Assembly (NCBI GenBank): GCA_017443025.1
Contig: JAFSPG010000004.1
Span: 1,030 to 65,029 of the forward strand
Direction: 5' to 3'
From: Bacteroidales bacterium
GTDB taxonomy: Bacteria > Bacteroidota > Bacteroidia > Bacteroidales > UBA932
Length of the DNA stretch: 64,000 bases
Shown here: positions 30,210 to 39,685 of the stretch, in pieces
Numbering within the stretch: the stretch's first letter is position 1
Layout: each line of letters starts with the position of its first letter
Program-made: the position numbers and the translations under genes
Notes under the pieces: generated by a model
Seen by the model: the letters and a program-made list of their open reading frames with translations, nothing else
What the model was told of the DNA's origin: nothing
Database searches by the model: none

Positions 30210-31313
30210 TTATTTTTTGTATTTTGTCTGATAGAATCTCTTCTTGACCACCTTGCCGGGGAACACTCTCTTGCGAATGCGTATCCACAGAGGGGTATCG
30301 AGGGCGGCGAATTCCTTGTCCACAAGGGCGAAACAGATGCTCTTGTCGAGCGATATGGAATGATACCCTGTAGTAACGATGCCAACCTCGGTGCCATCCT
30401 CGAGTTCAACCGGATATCCGGCGCGAGGAATTGCCCTGTCCTCGATTTCGATACCTACGAGCTTACGCTTCAGGGCTCCGTCTTTCTGGGCCTGCAGGGC
30501 CTCCTTTCCGATGAATTCATCTTTGTCCATCTTGCAGAACATTCCGAGTCCGGCCATCACGGGGCTGATCTCGGGGCTCAGTTCATCGCCGTAAAGCGGG
30601 AGGCCTGCCTCGAAGCGAAGCGTATCGCGGCAGCCGAGACCGCAGGGCACTACTCCTGCAGCAAGAAGCATTTTCCAGAATTCGACCGTCTGCGCAGGTG
30701 TAGCGTAGATTTCAAAGCCGTCTTCGCCGGTATAGCCGGTGCGGCTGAGGATTATACGGCCTACGGGATTATCAACGTTAGTAAAGGTGTAGAACGAAAG
30801 TTCGGCGGCTTCTTTAAGGCCAAGGACTTCGATGACGGTTTTCTCTGCGTCGGGGCCCTGGACTGCGAGCTGCGCCCATTTCGGGGACTGATTGTCGACC
30901 ACTACGTCGAAGCCCTGCGCCTGCTCCTTCATCCAGGCTACATCCTTGTCTATATTGGATGCGTTGATTACCAGGAAAAAGGCATCCGGCTCGAAGCATT
31001 TATAAACCAAAAGGTCATCCACGGTGCCTCCGTCGGGGTAAAGCATCATTCCGTACAGCACCTGCCCGGGAGTCATCACGCGGATATCGTTGGTGAAAAT
31101 ATGGTTCACGTATTTATCGGCCTCGCTGCCGGTAATGAGAACCTCTCCCATATGCGACACGTCGAACATGCCCACGGCATTTCTTACAGCAAGATGCTCG
31201 GCGGTTATATCCGAATACTGGATTGGCATCATAAATCCCGCGAAGGGGCTCATTTTGGCGCCAAGCTCCAGATGGCAGTCATATAAGGGAGTTATTTGAA
31301 GATTTTCTTCCAT
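30210..31313 (-). CDS. gcvT: Glycine cleavage T protein (aminomethyltransferase)
   Basis: GMFDVSHMGE, SRTGYTGEDGFE, GLGCRDTLRFEAGLPLYG. Confidence 0.95.
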   Translation of the reverse strand: MEENLQITPLYDCHLELGAKMSPFAGFMMPIQYSDITAEHLAVRNAVGMFDVSHMGEVLITGSEADKYVNHIFTNDIRVMTPGQVLYGMMLYPDGGTVDDLLVYKCFEPDAFFLVINASNIDKDVAWMKEQAQGFDVVVDNQSPKWAQLAVQGPDAEKTVIEVLGLKEAAELSFYTFTNVDNPVGRIILSRTGYTGEDGFEIYATPAQTVEFWKMLLAAGVVPCGLGCRDTLRFEAGLPLYGDELSPEISPVMAGLGMFCKMDKDEFIGKEALQAQKDGALKRKLVGIEIEDRAIPRAGYPVELEDGTEVGIVTTGYHSISLDKSICFALVDKEFAALDTPLWIRIRKRVFPGKVVKKRFYQTKYKK

Positions 31314-31323
31314 TATATTAGTT

Positions 31324-32349
31324 TTAGTTGTTAATTATCAAATTAATAAGTTCTTCCTTATCCATATTCAAAACCTCACTCTCAAGCTTGATTCCCTCAA
31401 GGGCAGCCTCAAGGGCGGGCCTTTGCAGGGGGCAGTTCATCAAGGCATTGGTAAGCATCGGGTCGATGTGCTCCTCAAGCGAAAAGAAATCCCCGCTGAG
31501 ATGACAGGCCTTGATGAGGCCCTTGTCGATATCGAGCGATACTTCCAGCTCACCGGCGGAGGTCCTTCCGGATACCGTCATCGAGTATTTTCTTGGGCCT
31601 CCCTGAATGAAAGAGGGCTCAAGATAGGATTTCTCTATTTCGTCAATATTTGAGATGTCTTCCGGCGAAAGAATGATTTCGGAGCCGTCGGCCCCCTTGA
31701 AAAAACCGGTAAGATAATCCACCAGACCCTCGAATGATAGGTCTTTGCCGCAGGCTGCAAGTTCCCCTTTAAGATTGGTAATTCTCTGGCGCACAGATTC
31801 TATGCCCTTGCTCTGAATCTTTGAGGCCGATGGAGTGATGGCCTTCTGGATTATTTCAGGATTCACGTCATAAAGAAGCGTACCGTGTACGATAACGGCA
31901 GACGGTGTCTTAAACAAGGCGTTACCGGATACCTTCTTTCCACCCACGAGAACGTCATTTCTGCCCGAACGGCCGGCATCGAGCCCGAGCCGCCTCAGGG
32001 CCAGGGCCAGCCTCTGCAGATATCGCTCAAAGGTGAACGCCGGAGAGCCGTCACTGACATAGGAAATCATAAGGTTCCCCATATCGGCGTAAACGCAGCC
32101 GCCTCCGCTTTTGCGGCGGTAAAGGCTGATGCCGTTACTACGACAGTATTCGGTATTGACTTCAGCTTCAAGGACTTGATTGCGACCGAAAATCACCGTG
32201 GGAGGAACACGCCACAGGAAAAATGCTTCACGTTCTCCACCGGCGGTGGCAGGTACAAGGCGGCTGATGTTGCCGGCAATGTATTCTTCCATTGCCAGAT
32301 ACCAGACCAGTCTTTTGCGCTCCTCGAAGGGAAGTCCGACGTGAACCAT
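31324..32349 (-). CDS. lplA: Lipoate--protein ligase
   Basis: LAMEEY, FGRNQ, RRKSGGGCVYAD, RND..GKKVSGNA, HGTLL. Confidence 0.9.
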   Translation of the reverse strand: MVHVGLPFEERKRLVWYLAMEEYIAGNISRLVPATAGGEREAFFLWRVPPTVIFGRNQVLEAEVNTEYCRSNGISLYRRKSGGGCVYADMGNLMISYVSDGSPAFTFERYLQRLALALRRLGLDAGRSGRNDVLVGGKKVSGNALFKTPSAVIVHGTLLYDVNPEIIQKAITPSASKIQSKGIESVRQRITNLKGELAACGKDLSFEGLVDYLTGFFKGADGSEIILSPEDISNIDEIEKSYLEPSFIQGGPRKYSMTVSGRTSAGELEVSLDIDKGLIKACHLSGDFFSLEEHIDPMLTNALMNCPLQRPALEAALEGIKLESEVLNMDKEELINLIINN

Positions 32350-32452
32350 CTTTTCTACGTATACAAGTTTTCAAATATAGCGATTTTTTTCTTGGCTTTT
32401 AGTCGGTTTTACAATTTTATTGTAATTTTGCCGGGAATTTTACTGTAGGGAA

Positions 32453-33943
32453 ATGATAAGCAAGAGTTTAAGAAGAACACTGGGTTCTCTGGCCGGGCTA
32501 CTGATGTGCACGATGCTGTCATCTGCGGCGGAGCTCCCTGATTCCGTCAGCTCCGCTTCCGGAAACTCTTTGCTGCGCAAAGACATGGGCTTTCACCCCT
32601 GGGTCGCCGCCGCAGAGGTTACAGGAAGCAATTTATTTGTATGGAGCCGTGATTTTTTCAGCAATAAACCTTACGCCAAGATAAACTGGAAGGCCATCAA
32701 GGACAATTTCACAAAGGGAATCGTCTGGGATAACGACGGTCTGGCCACCAATCACTTCGGCCACGCCTATCACGGCGGCCTGTACCATAACGCCGCCCGT
32801 GTAAACGGCCTGAACTTCTGGCAGTCTCTCCCCTACGATCTGGTCGGAAGTGCCATGTGGGAGTTCTTCGCCGAGATTGAGCCGCCGGCGATCAACGACC
32901 TGCTGGTCACCACCCTCGGTGGCGCCCTAATGGGTGAAATCACCTTCCGCAGCTCCAACCTTATCCTGAACGACAGTTCCACCGGCGGCGAGAGGATTGC
33001 CCGTGAAGCGGCCGCTTTCATCATCAACCCAATCGGAGCCGTCAACCGATTGCTTAACGGGGATATGTGGAAGGTTCGGAATACCGGATATCTGTATCAC
33101 GACTATGAGCTCATCCCGGCTAAAGTAAGCGTTTCAGCCGGAGGTCGTATGTTGATAGAGGATAAGAATTTCAAAGACTATCAGTTCGACCCGTATCTGC
33201 ACGTCGGCCTTCGCTACGGAGAGGCTACGGAGGCGGAGCAGAACGCCCCTTTCGACTTCTTTACGGCAGACTTTACCGTAACCCCTTCCAATAACCAGAA
33301 ATTCATCAATTCCATCCAGATGCTGGGCCGCCTCTGGGGCAAGGACATTGATACCGGCGACGACCGCAACGAAGCAGTGTTCGGTATTTTCCAGCACTAC
33401 AACTATTATAACGCCTGCGCCGTGCGTGGAGGAAACCATCAGGTAACCAATAGCTTCTGCGAAAGCGTGTCATACGGCCCAGGTTTATATTATAAGTGGA
33501 ATCGCGACGGCTTTATAAAGAGCATCACCCAGAGCGTTTTCGCAAATGCCATAATCATGGGTGGAGTTTACAGCGATTATTTCCGCCATATCGACCGTGA
33601 TTACAATATGGGAAGCGGCTTCAGCCTGAAAGCCCGTACCGAAGCCGAATTCGGATGGGGACTCAACGCTTCGGTTGAAGCTAAATACTATCGAATCTAC
33701 ACCTGGTACGGAGTCGAGCGCAAGGACCTCACCGACGTCGAGCCGCTCTTCTACAACACCCTCGGAAATGAGGGCAACACCCAGCTCGCAGTAGTCGAAG
33801 CAAGGCTCGAAAAATCGCTCACAAAGTCTCTCGGAATCGAGTTTCTCGGAGCGATGTACCACCGCAACGCCCACTACAGATTTCAGGAGAACGTTTCTGC
33901 CACTTCATTCGAGCTGAAAGCCGGTATAGTGGTGCATTTTTAG
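32453..33943 (+). CDS. DUF3943-type outer membrane protein
   Basis: Signal peptide; WDND..TNHFGHAYHG..YHNAAR.NG, WEFFAEIEPPAIND; amphipathic beta strands ending in VVHF. Confidence 0.7.
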   Translation: MISKSLRRTLGSLAGLLMCTMLSSAAELPDSVSSASGNSLLRKDMGFHPWVAAAEVTGSNLFVWSRDFFSNKPYAKINWKAIKDNFTKGIVWDNDGLATNHFGHAYHGGLYHNAARVNGLNFWQSLPYDLVGSAMWEFFAEIEPPAINDLLVTTLGGALMGEITFRSSNLILNDSSTGGERIAREAAAFIINPIGAVNRLLNGDMWKVRNTGYLYHDYELIPAKVSVSAGGRMLIEDKNFKDYQFDPYLHVGLRYGEATEAEQNAPFDFFTADFTVTPSNNQKFINSIQMLGRLWGKDIDTGDDRNEAVFGIFQHYNYYNACAVRGGNHQVTNSFCESVSYGPGLYYKWNRDGFIKSITQSVFANAIIMGGVYSDYFRHIDRDYNMGSGFSLKARTEAEFGWGLNASVEAKYYRIYTWYGVERKDLTDVEPLFYNTLGNEGNTQLAVVEARLEKSLTKSLGIEFLGAMYHRNAHYRFQENVSATSFELKAGIVVHF

Positions 33944-33995
33944 GCCAAAAACAGGGTTAACAAAAAAGTTAGGAATTTAAACTACTTTGTTATTT

Positions 33996-34742
33996 ATGTT
34001 GATATTCAAGCTATCAGATAGCGATATAAACGTCCATCCCAAAAATGGGCGTTTAATTGATTTATCCGGCATAAATGGCACTTCCTGCTACTGCGACGAA
34101 GCCGCAAAGGCAGAAATCAGGGCAAAAATCGAGGCTGAAATACAGGCCGAAATGCCATCTTCAAGACCTCGCATCAACCTCATCGACTGCGGCGATTATC
34201 ACTATATGACAGCCCTTCTCTGCGAGCCGATAAACGAGCCATTTTCTCTCGTTCTTTTCGACCATCATCCCGATATGCAATCCCCCGCTTTCGGCGACGT
34301 TCTCAGCTGCGGAGGATGGGTACGGACAATGCTCGAAAATCATCCCTTCCTTCGAAAAGTTCTCATCATTGGTATCAATCCGGAGCTGATCTGCGAAACA
34401 GAGGGCTTCCCCGGAAAGATGACAGTCATCGACAAGGCGGCTTCTGAGTCTGCAGCACTGTCGGAAATTCAAAAATGGCAGCCGGAAGGAAAGCTTTATA
34501 TAAGCATCGATAAAGACGTATTGTCCAAAGAATTCGCTACTACCGACTGGGACCAGGGAGATATGTCTATCCCCACCCTCCTTAAACTTATCGAGGCCTG
34601 TATGGCTCTTCCTCATAAGGGACTCATTGCTGTCGATATTTGCGGAGGTATGCCTATATCAAAAGGAGGTACCCCGAAGGATACCTCTCTTAATTCCATA
34701 GCCGACAAGGCTATTATTGACTTGATAAATCAGCGATATTAG
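33996..34742 (+). CDS. Arginase/ureohydrolase-family protein (divergent)
   Basis: GDYHY, FDHHPD, SIDKDVL, DWDQG, AVDICG. Confidence 0.7.
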   Translation: MLIFKLSDSDINVHPKNGRLIDLSGINGTSCYCDEAAKAEIRAKIEAEIQAEMPSSRPRINLIDCGDYHYMTALLCEPINEPFSLVLFDHHPDMQSPAFGDVLSCGGWVRTMLENHPFLRKVLIIGINPELICETEGFPGKMTVIDKAASESAALSEIQKWQPEGKLYISIDKDVLSKEFATTDWDQGDMSIPTLLKLIEACMALPHKGLIAVDICGGMPISKGGTPKDTSLNSIADKAIIDLINQRY

Positions 34743-34990
34743 TCGCCGTAAGGGTCAGCGGTGTTCCACTCGGCCATAAGCAGGCCGTGACGGTCGACGC
34801 AATGCTCGTGAATCTTCGCCTTGGCTGCTTCGTCGAGAGATTCCCACCATTTGGTACAGGCGGGATAAAATACCAGTGAATCATCTACTTTTCCGTCGGG
34901 AGTTTCCTTGGACTGAGCCTTGCGGGCGATTCTTTCTTTCTGTGAGATGGGCAGGGTCGACCACCAGATATCCAATTCTTTGTTCGTCAT
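34739..34990 (-). CDS. Hypothetical protein (83 aa, internal WW..L...K..I repeat)
   Basis: Clean ORF with its own TATTTTTG promoter (35014-35007). Confidence 0.7.
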   Translation of the reverse strand: MTNKELDIWWSTLPISQKERIARKAQSKETPDGKVDDSLVFYPACTKWWESLDEAAKAKIHEHCVDRHGLLMAEWNTADPYGD

Positions 34991-35045
34991 AATCCAATAA
35001 TTTCTGCAAAAATATAAATATTCCTATACAAATCAAAGCCGATGA

Positions 35046-36203
35046 TTACAGAGGCAGTACGCCAATTCCCGGCCTGTCGGGGATGGTTAGCTTGCCATCC
35101 TCCACCTTGACTCCGTCAAATATATCATTGGAAATCAGGAGATTGCCATCAAGGTCGGCGAAATCAACCGCCGGCGAGAGCTGGGCTGCCGCCGAAATTG
35201 CGCAGGAGGTCTCTGTCATGCAGCCGAGCATAACTTTCATTCCAAGGGCGCGGGAGAGCTGGACCATTTTGTGGGCTTCCCTCATTCCCGTGCATTTCAT
35301 CAGCTTGATATTGATTCCCGAGAATATTCCTTTGAGCCCGGGGATATCGGCGAGCCGCTGTACGGATTCATCTGCAAAAATGGGCACTGGAGCGCGCTCG
35401 GTAATCCAGGCGATATCGTCAAGGCGTTTGACCGACATGGGCTGCTCTACCATCACGACACCCCTTTCGTGCAGCCAGAATATCTCGTCCAGGGCCTTGT
35501 GCTTGTCCTTCCAGCCCTGATTTGCATCGACGGCAATCGGAAGGTCGGTCACTTCACGGATTGTACGAATCATCTCCTCGTCGTTGTCCAGGCCCACTTT
35601 TACCTTAAGAATCTTGAACTTGCCGGCAACTTCGAGGGTTTTCTCCCTTACCACATCCGGAGTATCTATGCCGATGGTGTATGTAGTATTAGGAGTTTTG
35701 GCAGGATCAAGGCCCCAGATGCGGTACCAGGGTGCTCCGAGTATCTTTCCGGCTAAATCGTGCAGGGCGATGTCGACGGCCGCCTTGGCCGCGCTGTCGC
35801 CCGGTGAAAGGGAATCCACGTAGCTGAGAATATCGTCCAGCATCAGAGGGTCGCTGAATTGCTCGAGATCTACCTTTCTAAGGAACGAGCACACGCTCTC
35901 GACGCTCTGGCCGAGATACGGCGGCATCGAAGCCTCGCCGTAGCCCTTCAGTCCGTCGAATTCAATCTCGACCTGCACTCCGGGCGTAGTCTTGCGGCTA
36001 TAGGACGCCACGGTAAATGTGTGCCGCAGCTCCAGCTCATACGGCCTGAAGCTAAGATGCATTCTAGCATTCCGGCCCGCACCGTCCTGGCCGCTACTCG
36101 CGCCCGGCCCGCCCTTCGCGAGCCCGAACCCCGCCACGGCTCCCACCGCAGCCCCGGCCAGCACTCCCCCGGCCGCCTTCAAAAACTCCCTTCTATTCTG
36201 CAT
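35046..36203 (-). CDS. Dipeptide (L-Ala-D/L-Glu) epimerase, enolase superfamily, Tat-exported
   Basis: NRREFLK Tat motif; KVKVG, DANQG, EQP, DES, NIKLMKC, DLDG. Confidence 0.88.
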   Translation of the reverse strand: MQNRREFLKAAGGVLAGAAVGAVAGFGLAKGGPGASSGQDGAGRNARMHLSFRPYELELRHTFTVASYSRKTTPGVQVEIEFDGLKGYGEASMPPYLGQSVESVCSFLRKVDLEQFSDPLMLDDILSYVDSLSPGDSAAKAAVDIALHDLAGKILGAPWYRIWGLDPAKTPNTTYTIGIDTPDVVREKTLEVAGKFKILKVKVGLDNDEEMIRTIREVTDLPIAVDANQGWKDKHKALDEIFWLHERGVVMVEQPMSVKRLDDIAWITERAPVPIFADESVQRLADIPGLKGIFSGINIKLMKCTGMREAHKMVQLSRALGMKVMLGCMTETSCAISAAAQLSPAVDFADLDGNLLISNDIFDGVKVEDGKLTIPDRPGIGVLPL

Positions 36204-36212
36204 ATTAATTGA

Positions 36213-37355
36213 TTATTCTTTCCTTTTTCCGATTAATTTATTGGTCACCGGCAAATTCTTTTCGCAGGTACGTTCGACGATATCAATTATCTCCAGGCAC
36301 TTTGATTCCGGGATGTGGATTCCGGTACCGGCCTTTAGGACGAGGTCCAGGCCCGGGTTACCATTGTAGAAGAGAGAGGTTGAATGCTCCCCGTTCGAGC
36401 CAAGAGGAGAATATGTTATGTCATAGGCCGGGGCGAGTGACCATTTTCCCTCTTCGCAAATAAAGGAGAAATTTTTGGAATGGTCATCCTTGTTGATAGA
36501 GACAATATTCATTACCATTCTCTTGAACATCTCTTCAACCTGCATCGGGTCCTGAGTCAGATATCCGGTCAGAGCGAGTAAATTGGTATAATCGACATCT
36601 TGCTTCCTGAAATCGGTCTTGAGCAGGGCAGCTGCTGTTACGACATGACGCCTCAGGCCATCAGGGTCAATGTCGAATCGCTCGATTGCAAAATACCGGT
36701 TGTTAATCAAGGCAATGCGCGGGATGGTAATGCCGCATTCCTCCGCAGTACGCATATAAAGGTACTCCTGCTTTCCAATATCTGAGGAGTCGTATGTATG
36801 ACGAAACTTGACCAGCCAGTGAGAGCCATCATCCGCCCTCATAGCAGTTTTTGGACGAGCTCCGCCTGAATTCGCGCTGTTGTAATATAATAGAGTCGCA
36901 TCACCATTCCTTTCAGAAAGGACTTTCAATGCTTCTTCTTGAAGCATATCAAGCTCACTATCCCCTTCCAATTCGCGCTGATGCTTAATATCCGGCATCA
37001 TCGGGATATATGAGAGTGCGCCCATTCCGTCTTTGCCAATAATAGACAAACGCTGCAACGGAGTCAACTCCCGCAGGGATCTGTTTTGACGGCGAAGAAT
37101 CCTGTCTATAAGATACAGCCCGTATCCGTCCGGTAGACTATCCTCGAATATTGCAAATGAGCCGCCGAATTTATCTTTATCGCCATAGAACAGGCCACTT
37201 TGCAATGGGAGTTCTGTAGGGGAAATCGAGAATCCTTCCGAAAGCCATGATTTATCGTATTCAAAGACACAAATACCACTTGCCGGGTCGGATTGAAGAA
37301 TCCCGACTTCGACATTGCGGTACAGAACCTTGATTTTTTTGACATCGGAAATCAT
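36213..37355 (-). CDS. hipA: HipA family Ser/Thr kinase toxin
   Basis: N-terminal coupled domain (FEY..WL..GFSISP, FEDSLPDGYG), SGGARPK, NKDDHSKNFSF, LAPAYDI. Confidence 0.9.
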   Translation of the reverse strand: MISDVKKIKVLYRNVEVGILQSDPASGICVFEYDKSWLSEGFSISPTELPLQSGLFYGDKDKFGGSFAIFEDSLPDGYGLYLIDRILRRQNRSLRELTPLQRLSIIGKDGMGALSYIPMMPDIKHQRELEGDSELDMLQEEALKVLSERNGDATLLYYNSANSGGARPKTAMRADDGSHWLVKFRHTYDSSDIGKQEYLYMRTAEECGITIPRIALINNRYFAIERFDIDPDGLRRHVVTAAALLKTDFRKQDVDYTNLLALTGYLTQDPMQVEEMFKRMVMNIVSINKDDHSKNFSFICEEGKWSLAPAYDITYSPLGSNGEHSTSLFYNGNPGLDLVLKAGTGIHIPESKCLEIIDIVERTCEKNLPVTNKLIGKRKE

Positions 37356-37663
37356 CGGCCTTTTTGTCTGTTCTGATTTTTATTAATTGTCTCCAGTTCT
37401 TGGGAGTTTGAGTATTTAGTACGCCCGAGGAGTGAAGCCATTTCGTCGAAATAGTCAAACAGGACTATCAACTTGCAAAATGATTCCAAGGAGATTTTAC
37501 CAGTCCTTTCGAAATACTCGATAGTTGGGGCAGGAATTCCTGTCAAGTTGCCCAGAGTCCTCCTGCTGTATCCTTTTTCAAGCCTGCGAGACTTGCAATT
37601 CTCCGCAAGTCTATCCATCAGGAGCTGTGGGTTTCTTGAATAATTGTCTAATCTATATTCCAT
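37352..37663 (-). CDS. XRE/HTH antitoxin (HipB-like)
   Basis: RRLEKGYSRRTL..TGI..TIEYFERTGKISLESF HTH; 4-nt overlap with hipA. Confidence 0.85.
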   Translation of the reverse strand: MEYRLDNYSRNPQLLMDRLAENCKSRRLEKGYSRRTLGNLTGIPAPTIEYFERTGKISLESFCKLIVLFDYFDEMASLLGRTKYSNSQELETINKNQNRQKGR

Positions 37664-37715
37664 AATATATTATGCCATATAGCAAATATTCGCCTTAATC
37701 ACATATTATATTATG
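37661..37715. promoter_or_regulatory. Two 14-bp palindromic operator candidates of the hipBA-like operon
   Basis: CATAATATATTATG (37661-37674, perfect palindrome) and CATATTATATTATG (37702-37715), 41 bp apart. Confidence 0.65.
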
Positions 37716-37747
37716 CAAATATACAATTTAAAATAATTAAATGCAAA
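37716..37747 (-). promoter_or_regulatory. Sigma-A promoter of the hipBA-like operon
   Basis: Minus strand TTTG 37747-37744, 20-nt spacer, TATATTTG 37723-37716. Confidence 0.7.
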
Positions 37748-37828
37748 CCATTGAGAATAATCTGCCGAATATTCTGCCTAAATAACCGCAAATTTGTATA
37801 TTTGTGTGTTAATGAAAATTTCTGAGTT

Positions 37829-39571
37829 ATGTCACGGATTCGCACAATTGTTTCAGCAGTAGTTTTAATCCTTACGTTCTCGGCCGGAGCCGGCGCGAAA
37901 GACTGGGAAAGGCAGCTTGTTTGGCCCAAGGGCAAGATGCCTCACCAGCAGCCCCACCAGATTGCCGCAATGACAGCCGAAGCCAACGCAGAAGGATTCA
38001 AGCCCGAAAAGCACACTACCGCCTACCTCGAGTGGTTCGACAAACCCGCCAACCCCAACGGCACCTGCATGATACTCATCTCCGGCGGCGGCTACAACAA
38101 CTGCTGCGACATGAAGCTCATAAAGAAGTGGCGCGAAGCCCTCACTCCCCTCGGAGTACAATGCGTCAGCTTCGTGTACCGCACCCCCAGGCCCGAAGGC
38201 CTGCCGATTTACCAGACCGCCTGGGAAGACGCCCAGAGAGCAGTCAGGATGGTACGCAGCCAGGCAAAAAAGCGCGGATTCGACCCAGAAAAAATCGGAG
38301 CAATAGGAATGTCGGCCGGCGGGCACCTCACGCTGCTTCTCGCGACCACATCCCAGACAAAAGCCTATAGCCCCATCGACAAGCTCGACAGCCTGCCCTG
38401 CCACATCAACTGGGCAATCGCCAATGCCCCCGCATATCTCACAACCGACGGCGAGCAAGGCACAAGATGCACCCGCCAGGGCTACGGCAGCGATGTAAGC
38501 ATCACCAAGGTATTGGCCTTTGACGAGAAAACCTGCCCGGTCAGTATGCACCACGGCGGCCTCGACCCCTACTCCCCCAACGGCTCAACCCTTGTATACA
38601 GGGAACTACGCAAGAGAGGCATCCCCGCAGAACTCCACCTCTATCCCAATAAGAAACACGGTGCCTACGGCCTTGAGAGAGCGATAGAATTCATGACACA
38701 GATGGGCTACCTCGGAGAGGTCAAGCCGGAAGAAAAGCTTATGGACCGCTTCCCCTCCGACGAAGCCAGGGCCGAAGTAATCAAGGAAGACATCTGGCCT
38801 GAGGACAAAATCCCCAGCTTCCAGGAAAATCAGTGCAAGCCCTATGTAGAATGGCACTTCCCCAAGGAAAAGAAGACCGACGCCATACAGATTATCTACT
38901 CAGGCGGCAGTTATAAGAATAACAATCCCGACGGCTTTGAAGTAGCCCCTGCCAGAAGATATCTCAATGCCCTCGGCATCACCGTTGTAACCCTCAAATA
39001 CCGCACGCCACGCCCGGAAGCTCCACTGTCAAAGCACACCACCGCCTGGCAGGATTTGCAGCGCACCATACGCCTCGTTCGCAGCAAAGCCAAAGACTAC
39101 GACCTGAACCCCGACAAAATCGGTATCATGGGCTCATCGGCAGGAGGACATCTCACCCTTATGGGAATAACCTCCTCGCTCCACAATAGCTATAATCCGA
39201 GCGGCGATATCGACAAGCTCCCCTGCAACGTCCAATGGGGCATAGCCATCTATCCCGCCTACGTACTCACAGACGGAATGAACGGCCACAATTCGAACGG
39301 AGGCAACGGAGATGAAGACGTCTTCGCCCCCGAATTCTCCTTCGACATCAAGACAGCTCCCACGCTTTTCATCCACGGCGACGCCGACGGCTACTCAGCC
39401 ATGGGCTCGGTCAAGACCTGGGAAAAGATGCGCGCCATGGGCATACAGAGCGAACTCCATACCCTCGCGACCCGCAAGCACTGCTTCCAGCGCCAAGCCT
39501 CACCCGGTACCGGCAGTTACACCTGGATGGACAGAATCGCAGAATTCCTCCAGCCATTTATTAAGGACTAA
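37829..39571 (+). CDS. Secreted tandem alpha/beta-hydrolase (carbohydrate esterase-like, two catalytic domains)
   Basis: Signal peptide; two repeats each with ISGGGY/YSGGSY, YRTPRP, GxSAGGH, HGxxD and a C-terminal His. Confidence 0.8.
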   Translation: MSRIRTIVSAVVLILTFSAGAGAKDWERQLVWPKGKMPHQQPHQIAAMTAEANAEGFKPEKHTTAYLEWFDKPANPNGTCMILISGGGYNNCCDMKLIKKWREALTPLGVQCVSFVYRTPRPEGLPIYQTAWEDAQRAVRMVRSQAKKRGFDPEKIGAIGMSAGGHLTLLLATTSQTKAYSPIDKLDSLPCHINWAIANAPAYLTTDGEQGTRCTRQGYGSDVSITKVLAFDEKTCPVSMHHGGLDPYSPNGSTLVYRELRKRGIPAELHLYPNKKHGAYGLERAIEFMTQMGYLGEVKPEEKLMDRFPSDEARAEVIKEDIWPEDKIPSFQENQCKPYVEWHFPKEKKTDAIQIIYSGGSYKNNNPDGFEVAPARRYLNALGITVVTLKYRTPRPEAPLSKHTTAWQDLQRTIRLVRSKAKDYDLNPDKIGIMGSSAGGHLTLMGITSSLHNSYNPSGDIDKLPCNVQWGIAIYPAYVLTDGMNGHNSNGGNGDEDVFAPEFSFDIKTAPTLFIHGDADGYSAMGSVKTWEKMRAMGIQSELHTLATRKHCFQRQASPGTGSYTWMDRIAEFLQPFIKD

Positions 39572-39579
39572 ATAATTAA

Positions 39580-39626
39580 AAAATCGGCATTGTCACAAAA
39601 ACGAAAGACAATGCCGATTTTCTTTT
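39580..39626 (+). terminator. Intrinsic terminator after the esterase
   Basis: 15-bp stem AAAATCGGCATTGTC / GACAATGCCGATTTT followed by CTTTT. Confidence 0.75.
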
Positions 39627-39685
39627 GGATTTGTCGGCATAAAAAACTAATTTTGTAACCCGTATTTTAACCAATTCCTATCGCC

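Noticed and set aside
32350-32452. Glycine riboswitch upstream of the gcv operon
   Set aside because: The region is about 100 nt, AT-rich, holds two divergent promoter boxes and shows no aptamer-like structure.
37661-37715. CATAA-TATA-TTATG as a dif or pdif site
   Set aside because: The central spacer is 4 bp rather than 6 bp and the XerD arm TTATGTTAAAT is not matched; the position fits an operator better.
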